Below, one piece after another: positions 38,275 through 49,100 of a DNA stretch of 64,000 nucleotides. Location of the stretch: positions 5,334 through 69,333 of the IMG/VR virus record IMGVR_UViG_3300023179_000098; one strand, given 5' to 3'. Origin of the DNA: a virus. A model generated the notes under the pieces. The model was not told the DNA's origin and ran no database searches. It was given only the letters and a program-made list of their open reading frames with translations. Each line of letters starts with the position of its first letter. Within the stretch, counting starts at the first letter, position 1. The position numbers and the translations under genes are program-made.

Positions 38275-41200
38275 ATGCCAGCTATAAATTTTCCAAATAG
38301 TCCAATTAATGGTCAAACTTTTACTGTTGCTGGTATAACTTATACCTATGACTCATATTATCCAAGATGGGTAGCAAGTGTTGCTAGAGGTATTCAAGGT
38401 ATTCAAGGTATTCAAGGTATCCAGGGTAGTCAAGGAATTCAAGGACGTATTGGTCCACAAGGTATTCAAAGTTTACAAGGTATACAAGGAATTCTAGGAC
38501 GTCAAGGTATTCAGGGTATTCAGGGTATTCAAGGGCGTCAAGGTATTCAAGGTAATCCAGGTGAAAGAGGTCCTACAGGCGTATTTTCTATAACCAGAAT
38601 TTATAGTACTAGAGCTGCATTAGAATCAGATACTAATCCACAGAAAGCAGTATTAGTATCTATGATTCCAGGAGAGTTTGCAATAGTCAAAACCACTTCT
38701 ATTAGCGATCCTGATAATGGTAGAGTATATTTATGGTTAGGACCTCCCGGAGGAGCTAATTGGCTATTCATTGGTAGTATTTTTTCAATGATTGCTTTGC
38801 AAGGCCTTCAAGGTATACAAGGTCCAAATGGTCCTATTGGAACACAAGGTTATGAGGGTCCAGTAGGACCTCCTGGTCCTGGAGCAGATCCAGCAAATAC
38901 TGGTAGTAGTATTATTCCTATTGCTGATGGTGTTTATGACTTAGGCAGTCCAACAAAAAGGTTTAAGTCATTATATTTAAAGCCTAGTACAATTTATCTT
39001 GGTGATACTAGTATTAGTATTAGCCAAAACGGTAGTTTGTCTGTTACACCGGCAGGTTCAGTTGAACCAATTAATGTTAGCGAAAATATAGTAACTAGTA
39101 GTACACAACCATCAAACCCTAAAGAAAATTTACTATGGTTTAATACTGCTAATACAAAATTATATGTATATTCTGCTGGAAACTGGATAGTAATTCAAGG
39201 TAGTGATGGTGCTCAAGGTGATTTAGGTTTACAAGGCGCAACTGGGTTTGAAGGACCTCAAGGTGCTAGAGGTTTTACTGGATCACAAGGTATTCAAGGT
39301 GAACAAGGTATTCAAGGTGAACCTGGTATTCAAGGTGATTTAGGTTTACAAGGTATACAAGGACCAGGCGGAGAATATTTTGTTAGTGCAGCTTATACTG
39401 GTCCAGAAGGTCCACAAGGTATTCAAGGCACTCAAGGTGATCAAGGTATACAAGGACCAGGCGGAGAATATTTTGCAGCTGTAACTTATACTGGTCCAGA
39501 AGGTCCACAAGGTATTCAAGGCACAGAAGGTGCTCAGGGTATAGAAGGTGCTCAGGGTATAGAAGGTGCTCAAGGTTTTGACGGAATACAAGGAATTGCA
39601 GGAGAATTTGCAGCACAAGGCGTTCAAGGCGAACAAGGCGTTCAAGGCGAACAAGGGCCTCAAGGTATACCAGGAGACGAAGGTGTACAAGGTATAAGAG
39701 GTATACAAGGTGCAAAAGGCGAATTTTTTGCTATAGAAACTTATACTGGACCTCAAGGTATACAAGGTATACAAGGTGAATCTGGTATTCAAGGACTAGA
39801 TGGTTTGGGTACACAAGGTATCCAAGGTGAAATAGGTATTCAAGGGGCTCAAGGATATAGTTATTTATACAGTTCATTAAATTATAGTCAAACAAAAGAA
39901 GCATTTCCAATAGTATTTGATAATTTAATGACTCTACCAATAGATATAGTTACATGTCAAATAACTACAACAGGTAGCCCAGTTCAGATTATTGTTCAAA
40001 GTGAAGTAATATTTACCTTACTAACCGGCGATCCAGCAAATACAGAAGTAAATATTTATAGAGATAATACAGAATTAAATCAATTAACAACTGTTTCTTC
40101 TTATAGTACTGGTATTAGTAATCCATTTGCAGTACAAATTATTGATAATCCTCCTACAGGCACTTATACATACTCATTAAAAATTAAAAGTATGTTAAAT
40201 GCTTCTCAGGTTAAATTTGGCAAAATTACAGGACCAGTAATAAGTGTAGTAGAATTACATAATGTTCAAGGTACACAAGGTGTACAAGGTTTTGGATATC
40301 AACAAAATCAAGGTATACAAGGTATACAAGGAATACAAGGCCAACAGGGAATACAAGGTGATCAAGGTATACAGGGTATACATGGTATCAAAGGAGATAC
40401 TGGATTAGCTTTTACAATTGCTAAGGTATATACTAGTGTAGCTACATTATTAGCAGATACTGCTCCTACAAATATAATAGAAGGACAGTTTGCAATTGTA
40501 GATACTGGAGATGCTAATAACGTAGATAATAATCGATTATATCTATGGAATGGTGTTAATTATCAATTTATTACAGATTTAAGTGGTTCTGCTGGTATTC
40601 AAGGTATACAGGGAGAACAAGGTATACAAGGTATACAAGGTATACAAGGTATACAAGGTATACAAGGTATACAAGGCTTACTAGGATTTCAAGGTACTCA
40701 AGGTATACAAGGTGAGCAGGGTACTCAAGGTGTACAGGGTACACAAGGTTTATTAGGATTTCAAGGTACTCAAGGTACTCAAGGTATACAAGGTGAGCAG
40801 GGTATACAAGGTGAGCAGGGTATACAAGGTATACACGGCTTACTAGGATTTCAAGGTACTCAAGGTATACAAGGTGAGCAGGGTATACAAGGTGAGCAGG
40901 GTATACAAGGTATACAAGGTATACAAGGTAGTCAGGGTATTCAAGGTGAGCAGGGCATACAGGGTACTCAAGGAGAAGCTGGAGTACAAGGTTTAGACGG
41001 AATTATTGGTGGCCAAGGTACTCAAGGTACTCAAGGTGAACAAGGTACTCAAGGTGTACAGGGTACTCAAGGTGTACAGGGTACACAAGGTTTATTAGGA
41101 TTTCAAGGTACTCAAGGTATACAAAGCGAACAAGGTATTCAGGGCATACAAGGCGAACAAGGTATTCAGGGTATTCAGGGTATTCAGGGTGTTCAAGGTA

Positions 41201-42834
41201 CTAAGGGAGAAACTGGACTAGCTTTTACAATTGCTAAAATATATACCACTGTAGCGTCTTTATTAGCAGATACTTCGCCATCTAGTATTTTACCAGGACA
41301 ATTTGCTATTGTAGATACTGGTGATTCTAATAACTTAGATAATAATAGATTATATCTATGGAATGGTGTTAATTATCAATTTATTACAGATTTAAGTGGT
41401 TCTGCTGGTATTCAAGGTATTCAAGGCACTCAAGGTATTCAAGGCACTCAAGGCGAACAGGGTATACAGGGTATAATAGGACCACCAGCATTATGGAATT
41501 TTACTGGTGCATATAATCCAGGAGCTAGTTATGCTGTTGGAGATTTAGCCACTTATGAAGGTCAAACTTGGTATAGACTTAATTCAAATGGCGGAAATGT
41601 TGGCGATACACCTAGTGAAGGAACTTTTTGGACCAAAATTGCATCAGTTGGATTGCAAGGTACACAAGGTACACAAGGTACACAAGGTGAACAGGGTATT
41701 CAAGGTGCTCAGGGTATTCAAGGTGCTCAGGGTATTCAAGGTGCTCAGGGTATTCAAGGTGCTCAAGGTATTCAAGGTGTTCAGGGTATTCAAGGTGAAC
41801 AAGGTACTCAAGGTACTCAAGGTACTCAAGGTACTCAAGGTACTCAAGGTACTCAGGGTACTCAAGGTGCTCAGGGTACTCAAGGTGCTCAGGGTATTCA
41901 AGGTGAACAGGGTATTCAAGGTGAACAGGGTGTACAGGGTGTACAGGGTGAACAGGGATTACAAGGTGAAAAAGGTTTATCTGGACAATTTGCTGGTCAA
42001 GGTATACAGGGTATTCAAGGTGAACAGGGTATTCAAGGCACACAGGGTATTCAAGGTGAACAAGGTATACAGGGATTACAAGGTGAAAAAGGTTTATCTG
42101 GACAATTTGCTGGTCAAGGTATACAGGGTATTCAAGGCGTACAGGGTGTACAAGGCACACAGGGTATTCAAGGCATACAGGGATATTTAGGCTATCAAGG
42201 TATACAGGGTTCTCAAAGTGTACAAGGTATACAAGGTATTCAAGGTATACAGGGTGTACAGGGTGTACAAGGTATACAGGGTTCTCAAAGTGTACAAGGC
42301 GTACAAGGCGTACAAGGCGTACAAGGCAATTTAGGTGCTCAAGGTATTCAGGGTTCCCAAAGTGTACAAGGTATTCAAGGTATACAGGGTTCTCAAAGTG
42401 TACAAGGTATACAAGGTATACAGGGTTCTCAAAGTGTACAGGGTATACAGGGTGTACAAGGTATACAAGGCAATTTAGGTGCTCAAGGTATTCAGGGTGT
42501 AGGAACAACTATTAGAGTAGTAACAGTCGGTGATGCTACAAGTATTACTCCAAATGGTGATATTACAGATATGGTATATCAATCTAATAGTCAATCCGCA
42601 GGAACTTTAAATATAAATGCACCTACAGGAACACCTAGTGATGGTCAAAGATTGATGTTTAGAATACGTAGTGTTAATGTTCAAACTTATTCTTGGAATG
42701 GTATTTATCAAGGAAGCCTAGACGTTACATTACCAACAGCTTCTAGTGGAGGCAATAAGTGGGATTACTATGGATTTATCTATAATACAATAGCTGCAAA
42801 ATGGCAACTACTAGCTAGAATGACTGGATTTTAA
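38275..42834 (+). CDS. Collagen-like (Gly-X-Gln) modular fibre protein 3
   Basis: Longest GXQ tracts; N-terminal AINFPNSP.NGQ.F; YDLGSPTKRFKSLYL; duplicated knob modules; C-terminal APTGTP.DGQRL..RI...GFIYN....KW domain. Confidence 0.87.
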   Translation: MPAINFPNSPINGQTFTVAGITYTYDSYYPRWVASVARGIQGIQGIQGIQGSQGIQGRIGPQGIQSLQGIQGILGRQGIQGIQGIQGRQGIQGNPGERGPTGVFSITRIYSTRAALESDTNPQKAVLVSMIPGEFAIVKTTSISDPDNGRVYLWLGPPGGANWLFIGSIFSMIALQGLQGIQGPNGPIGTQGYEGPVGPPGPGADPANTGSSIIPIADGVYDLGSPTKRFKSLYLKPSTIYLGDTSISISQNGSLSVTPAGSVEPINVSENIVTSSTQPSNPKENLLWFNTANTKLYVYSAGNWIVIQGSDGAQGDLGLQGATGFEGPQGARGFTGSQGIQGEQGIQGEPGIQGDLGLQGIQGPGGEYFVSAAYTGPEGPQGIQGTQGDQGIQGPGGEYFAAVTYTGPEGPQGIQGTEGAQGIEGAQGIEGAQGFDGIQGIAGEFAAQGVQGEQGVQGEQGPQGIPGDEGVQGIRGIQGAKGEFFAIETYTGPQGIQGIQGESGIQGLDGLGTQGIQGEIGIQGAQGYSYLYSSLNYSQTKEAFPIVFDNLMTLPIDIVTCQITTTGSPVQIIVQSEVIFTLLTGDPANTEVNIYRDNTELNQLTTVSSYSTGISNPFAVQIIDNPPTGTYTYSLKIKSMLNASQVKFGKITGPVISVVELHNVQGTQGVQGFGYQQNQGIQGIQGIQGQQGIQGDQGIQGIHGIKGDTGLAFTIAKVYTSVATLLADTAPTNIIEGQFAIVDTGDANNVDNNRLYLWNGVNYQFITDLSGSAGIQGIQGEQGIQGIQGIQGIQGIQGIQGLLGFQGTQGIQGEQGTQGVQGTQGLLGFQGTQGTQGIQGEQGIQGEQGIQGIHGLLGFQGTQGIQGEQGIQGEQGIQGIQGIQGSQGIQGEQGIQGTQGEAGVQGLDGIIGGQGTQGTQGEQGTQGVQGTQGVQGTQGLLGFQGTQGIQSEQGIQGIQGEQGIQGIQGIQGVQGTKGETGLAFTIAKIYTTVASLLADTSPSSILPGQFAIVDTGDSNNLDNNRLYLWNGVNYQFITDLSGSAGIQGIQGTQGIQGTQGEQGIQGIIGPPALWNFTGAYNPGASYAVGDLATYEGQTWYRLNSNGGNVGDTPSEGTFWTKIASVGLQGTQGTQGTQGEQGIQGAQGIQGAQGIQGAQGIQGAQGIQGVQGIQGEQGTQGTQGTQGTQGTQGTQGTQGAQGTQGAQGIQGEQGIQGEQGVQGVQGEQGLQGEKGLSGQFAGQGIQGIQGEQGIQGTQGIQGEQGIQGLQGEKGLSGQFAGQGIQGIQGVQGVQGTQGIQGIQGYLGYQGIQGSQSVQGIQGIQGIQGVQGVQGIQGSQSVQGVQGVQGVQGNLGAQGIQGSQSVQGIQGIQGSQSVQGIQGIQGSQSVQGIQGVQGIQGNLGAQGIQGVGTTIRVVTVGDATSITPNGDITDMVYQSNSQSAGTLNINAPTGTPSDGQRLMFRIRSVNVQTYSWNGIYQGSLDVTLPTASSGGNKWDYYGFIYNTIAAKWQLLARMTGF
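40399..41420 (+). repeat. Direct repeat of a ~70-codon knob module (about 40399-40607 and 41212-41420)
   Basis: GLAFTIAK.Y...NNRLYLWNGVNYQFITDLSGSAG occurs twice; the last ~80 nt are nearly identical. Confidence 0.9.
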
Positions 42835-42836
42835 AA

Positions 42837-43106
42837 ATGGCTCAAGTTATTAGATTTACTAGGGATTATAAAAATATAAAACTACAGGACAGTATTATAC
42901 TACCTGAAGATCATGGAAAAACAGAAGAAGAAATAGAGCAATTAATAGAACAAAAATTTCAAAATTGGATAAATATTTTTGAGAATCCACTACCTGCTGA
43001 AGAGCCGGTAGTGGATGATCAAACTACTAATAGTGAAACAATAACACAAGAACAAGTTGCAGAATCACAATCTGCAGAACCAGATCAACAAGAGCCTGTA
43101 GTATAA
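42837..43106 (+). CDS. Small acidic hypothetical protein (possible fibre assembly chaperone)
   Basis: D.I.LPEDH..TEEEIE....KF.NW with an acidic tail; sits between fibre genes. Confidence 0.6.
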   Translation: MAQVIRFTRDYKNIKLQDSIILPEDHGKTEEEIEQLIEQKFQNWINIFENPLPAEEPVVDDQTTNSETITQEQVAESQSAEPDQQEPVV

Positions 43107-43139
43107 CAGGCTCTTATATTATTTGAGAGTAGATAAGTT

Positions 43140-46100
43140 ATGGCAACAAAAACATGGGTAGGTGCAAGTGGAGCCAGTTATAATACAGCTGCAAGCTGGA
43201 GTCCTAGCGGAGTTCCTGCTAGTGGCGACGACTTATACTTTGATATGGGCAGTGCTGATATAACTGTTACCGGATCAGCTGCAGCCACTTTTAGAAATAT
43301 AACTATAACTGGCGGATTTTTACTAACATTTAGTAGTGCGCAAACTTATACTATTCAAGGTGATTTTTTAAATATTGGTACTAATGGTTCCAGATTTGCT
43401 ACTGGTACAGGTACAGTGTTTCAGTGGACTGGTGGTAACGCCCAAACATTTAATCCAGGCTATGGTACTACTTTTCATAATATTACTATAAATAAAACGC
43501 AAGGAACCACACTAACACTACAAGGTGCACTTGATGTTTTAGTAACAACTGCTAGTACACTTACTTGGACAAATGGCAATATTAATTTAAATGGTAATAG
43601 TATTAATGCTAGGGCATTTACTAGTACTGGTACTACAGCCGGCACAGATAGAACACTTACACATAATGCAGACATTAATATTAGTGGAATTACTGGTACA
43701 GTTTTAAACTATAATAGTACACTTATTACTACAAATATAAAAACCGGTAGTTTTGTAGTTAGTCCTGTAAGTGGTACTAATAGTATTACTGTTACAGGTA
43801 TGGGCGGTCAAATGTCTGCTACTGTTGCGGCTACTCAAGTTAGAAGTCGTGCACCTAACCTTAAACTATATGCTGGTGGAGATGTAGCTGAAAATGCTAG
43901 AAATTATGTTGTCACAGGTGCCTGGGAGTATATTAATGCAAATTCAAACTTTACTAACGGTAGTTATTTTGGTACTTGGACAGGTATAGATGGTAACGGC
44001 GCAACTTTTGTTCAAGGCACAGCTACAACTAATAATGAAGTAAGTGGATGGCTATTTCTAGAAAGTAATAAGACCAGTTATTGGAATTACGACCCTAGAG
44101 TTTATAGAATTAGTACAGTTGCTGGAGGTGTTGCTGCTGGTACAGTATTAACTAATGCTGTGGTCAATGTTACTGGAGATGCTAATGATGCTAAAGCTGC
44201 AATATTTGATTTAGCCTGTCAATATGCCACACATAATATTGGCATATTAGCAAATTTTGCTAGTTATAATAATTTTATTTTAAACTGTAGTGGTGCTAAT
44301 AGTACGTTTAATTTTATAAGGGTATATGATGATATAAATACTAGTGGTACAACTCAGATTAATTTAAGTTCTACCAATGGAGCCTATAACTGGTCTAACA
44401 GTAATACAAATCTACGAGCAGGCACAATTACACACACTCAAGGTACTTTAAATCTAAATGGCAATAATATTTATACCAGAAACTGGAGTACTAGTGGTGG
44501 CAATAGAACTTATAATTTTGGTAATGGTTGGATAGTAGTTAATGGTAGCCATAGAGATGGCATAAATGGTGCTGGTACTCTAAGTATGAGTACTCAAACA
44601 GCTAGTACTACTCTAACTAGTGATTGTAATACAAATGCAGATGGTGGATTTATTATACAATCTACTGGTACTTGCAGTCTTACAGCTAGTCATTGGTCTG
44701 CAGAAACTTTACCAAATCTAGTTGTAAATAGTATTAGTGGAACACTAACTACTACTAGTTTAAGCGGATCTTGTAGAACCCTAAGATTATGGGGTTCAGT
44801 AGTTATAGGTACTTCCAGTACTGCTGTATCACTTTCATTTAGAGATACTCCAGTCGATAATGGGTCTGGTATACCTTCAATATTACAGTGGAATGGTCAA
44901 GATCCACAAGGCACATTAAGTACTAGATATTTAAATATACAATTTCTTCATACTACTAATAACGTTTACTTAGATTGGAGATTTGAAGGAGCAGGAGCAG
45001 GAGCTGCTAGTACTGATAGACGCAGATTAGGTGCTATTACTACTGATACTGTTAGTTTAGGTGTTAATAATAGCATAACTATACGGGCATATTGTACCAG
45101 TATAAACTACACCAAACCAGATGGTACTGTAAACATAGAATATTGTGATGTAGCTACAACATCAACATTTAATCCAGCTAGTGGTACCACAACATTTAAT
45201 TACAATAATATACTTACTACAGATTTAATATGCGGCGGCAGTGCCGGAACCAATACACATAACTTAAATTATTATAGAAATGGTACTGGACTACCCCAAG
45301 CTACAGCAGGCGTTAGATTTGGACAACTAACATTAAGTGGTACTAGTACTTCAAACGTATATAATTTATACGATGTAGTACTTACTGGAAATACTACTAG
45401 TTTAGATTTAAATTTTACTGGAGGTGGCACACTATTTATTAGAAATAGTAATAGCACTGTAGGTAGATTTACTTGTACTGAAACTACAATTGCCAGAACG
45501 ATTAACTTTGGCACTTATTGGTTAGGTTTAGAAGCTAGTGGAATATTAACTTATACTCCTGGAACTAGTCCTACTGTAATTTTTACATCTGTTACAACTA
45601 CTACACAAAAAACACATTATAGCGGAGCAGGTGGTATTGCTATTAGAGGTAGTGGAGTTGGTTTAACTACTAGTAATATAGCAGAATCAAATGCTTTAAA
45701 TTTACTATTTGAAGATGGTTATAGTGCAACTTTTACAACTCCGGTATACAGAAACATAATAACAGTTACTGGACCAAATGAGTATAAAAGTGGTGGTTGG
45801 TTTAGTACTACAGGTGCTCAAACACTTACAATATACGGAGACTTACTATTACACTATGGCCCAGAACAGGCCAACACAATGAATTGGCCAAGCTATACAT
45901 TTAATTTTAGTGGAACCGATACTAGTGTACCACAGTATATAAATACTAATAATTATTTTGGTAATAGTTTTCAACCACAAATTGTAATCGGTACTGCTAA
46001 CTTTAATGCCGGTGCACCAAAAATATTAAGCACTACTGGCAGACCTACTTATATTAAAACAGTAAATCATAGTGCTGGCACTCTAGTAATAAATGCAGGT

Positions 46101-49100
46101 CTATCACTGGTATGTGATAGATTTACTCCTACAGGTGGTACTATATATGCCTATGGAGATATTTATGCAAACTGGTGGGATGATGCTGATAATGCTAATT
46201 TAGACTGGCAAGGTAGTGGATATGTAGAAGTAGGAAATACTATAAGTACTAGTATCAGTGGTTGGACAAGTCGTCCTAGATTTGACAGTGGTGGTACCTC
46301 GACTGCTACAGAAGGACCAAATCTACGAGTAGTTAACTTTGGCGACAGCATTTGGACTTATTATATAAACGCGGTTAAAAAACTAAAGTTGGCTAATACT
46401 TCGTCTACTCGCAGAGCTAATATTCATGTTTACAAAGGTTTAGAATTAGCTGGTGGTAATATTACTAATGTTACTACACCTCAAGCTCTAGAACCCGATT
46501 TAGATTATACCAGTGGTGGTTATAGCGGCCCATCAATATATTCTAGAAATATTGGCGGAACTACAACTACTTTTGTTAGTACTACTACTATTTTTTTTAC
46601 AGTTGCTTATAGACTACCTAATAGCGGTGTGTATGAAATAACTGCTACAAATAATACAAATGGTGGCAATGGTTGCCCACAGTTTTACATAATTAATAAG
46701 CCTAGTAATACTCCTGGTACTGTTGGTAATGTAAATTTTACAGGACTTACTGGCGTTAACGGTGTAACTCATGCTTTGGGTGTATACAACGGCTATATAG
46801 GTTCAAGAACAATATTAATTGATTGTAATAATAGAATAGTTTATTGGGCTGACGGAAATAATAATGCATTTCCTGTTCCTAATGCTACAAACGGTAATGG
46901 TTACTGGTTTCTTGTTACTGATGGTAGTAGTACTCAGGCTATGAATATGGACATAAACTGGGCTACAGCTACTAGTAATACCAGTTATTTGCAAGCATAC
47001 TATATAGGAGTAAATCAAGCTCCTAATATAAATATTGCTGCTGGAAATAATGGTAGATATTTATTTAGTAGTACTAGTAATATGAGTTCTGCTTTTTATA
47101 GTCTAAGCACTACTTTTAGCCAAACCATAGACCTAGATCCTAGATCAGCAACCTTAAAATTTATAGATATAAATTTAGCTAATGAAAACACTATAGTTAG
47201 AACAAACGGTGTAAATGTAGAAACTCCTAGAATAGCTGGAGATTTTGCTAATTTAGAATTAGATAGTGGTCAAATAACACTAACAGGTTCTGGAGATGTA
47301 TTAGACGTAAAAACTATAATAAGTGGAGAAACTACTACAGCTAAATATAGTACTTATTTTAATGGTACTAGCTATATTACTGTACAACAAAGTAGTAATA
47401 CGCCTAGTAGTATTATAAATCTTAATAATACCATACTTTGGCAAGCAGAGCTATGGTATTGGCCAGAACAAAATTATTCAACAAAGTGGGATGAGGTTAC
47501 AGGTCCATTAAGTGTATGTTTATTAACAAAACGCAGTAGTCAAACTGCTAGTACCCCTGACTGGGAAATAGCCGTAGATCCAGTAACTCAAAGACTAGAG
47601 TTTATAAACGGTGCTACTACTTATGCTACTAGCATAGTTCCAACACCAGATACTTGGAATTATATACGTGTTAATTATGTAGCCAATAACTATGGTAATG
47701 CTGGCGGTGGTGGTGGTCAAGATGGTTCTTCATTTTTCGATGGCAAGTTTGAGTACCGTGGCAGATCTGGTACTGTAGTAGGTCAAAGTTGGATAGAACC
47801 AGCGGCATCATTACCAGTTACAACAAATTGGAGTGTACTTTTTGACGGCACAGATGACGGTTTAGTAGTTGCTGATAGTTCAAACTATTATTTTGGTAGT
47901 AATAATTTTACTATTGAATTGTGGATATATAATACAGCTTTTGATCCATCAGGAAATATGCTTTTTGAAAAAGGCGTATTTGCTAGTGGTAAAGAATTTC
48001 GTGCCTATATAACAGCTACTACAGTAGTTTTTGAAGGTAATCTTACAGCTACTGCTACTGGTACTTATACAACAATTACAGCTACAACAACTAACAGTTT
48101 AAATACGTGGTATCATTATGCATTTGTTCGTAGTGGTAACATACTATACATATTACGTAATGGAGCACTACTAACTAGTGCAGCATTTACAGGCACTATA
48201 TTTAATACTACTCAGTTAATGAGTATAGGTGGGGCTGCTGACGGAAATAATAACTTTATAACTAACGGATATATAAGTAATTTTAGAATTATTAGTGGTC
48301 AAGCGCTAGCTACTGGAGCATATACAGCACCTATCAGTCCATTAACTACTACAACTACTGGTTGGCTAGTTAGTGGATCGCCTGTAGCACTAACAGGAAC
48401 TGTTGCGCTATTAACCTGTAATACCGATAAGTTTGCTGATAGTAGTAACAGTCAGTTAAGAATGGCATTTCGTGCTGGTGTTCCACAAATAACTAGTTTT
48501 TCTCCGTTTGGTGCTAGTTACTATAATTCTGTAGCTTTTAATAGTGCTAGTTATCTACAAGTGCCTAATAGTACTGATATAGACTTAGGCAATGGTGGTA
48601 GTGATTGGACTGTAGAGTGTTGGTTCAATATGCCACAATTAAAAACTAGTGGTGCTACCTATTTAATGGGCATGTCTAACGGTGCTGGAACTGTTAATAA
48701 ATGGCTATTAGCTATAAATACTAGTACAGGTTTTGGCTATCAAGTTAATAGAGTTGGTTTTCAAACATACGTTAGTACCGTTAGTCAGTGGATTAATAGT
48801 AGTTATACTTGGGAAGCTAATAAGTGGTATCATATAGCAGCGGTATATACCAGCAGTGATACAACAACAAGATTGTATGTTAATATGCAGCTTGTTGGTA
48901 GTATGGTATATAACGCTAGTAGTACTACTGGTGTATTACGTATTGGCAGTGACGGTGAAAGTAGCGCATACTTTCAAGGTTATATATCAAATGTTAGAAT
49001 AGTAAAAGGTACTGCAGTTTATCAAGTTGGTTCATTACCAACTTTTGCTAGTATTAGTATTCAGCCACTTACAGCAATTGCAAATACTAAACTATTAACT

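Noticed and set aside
40399-41420. Possible DGR template/variable repeat pair
   Set aside because: Mismatches are not adenine-specific, both copies are in-frame coding, and there is no reverse transcriptase in the window.
28205-42508. Alternative-frame and antisense ORFs with KVFKVF, LNTLNT or YLEYLV repeats
   Set aside because: They are shadows of the 9-bp GXQ codon repeats, which lack stops in other frames; no independent RBS or domain content.
28132-42834. Eukaryotic or giant-virus origin of the collagen genes
   Set aside because: SD sequences, sigma70 promoters, spanins and siphovirus tail genes indicate a phage of a Gram-negative bacterium; composition looks continuous with the flanks.
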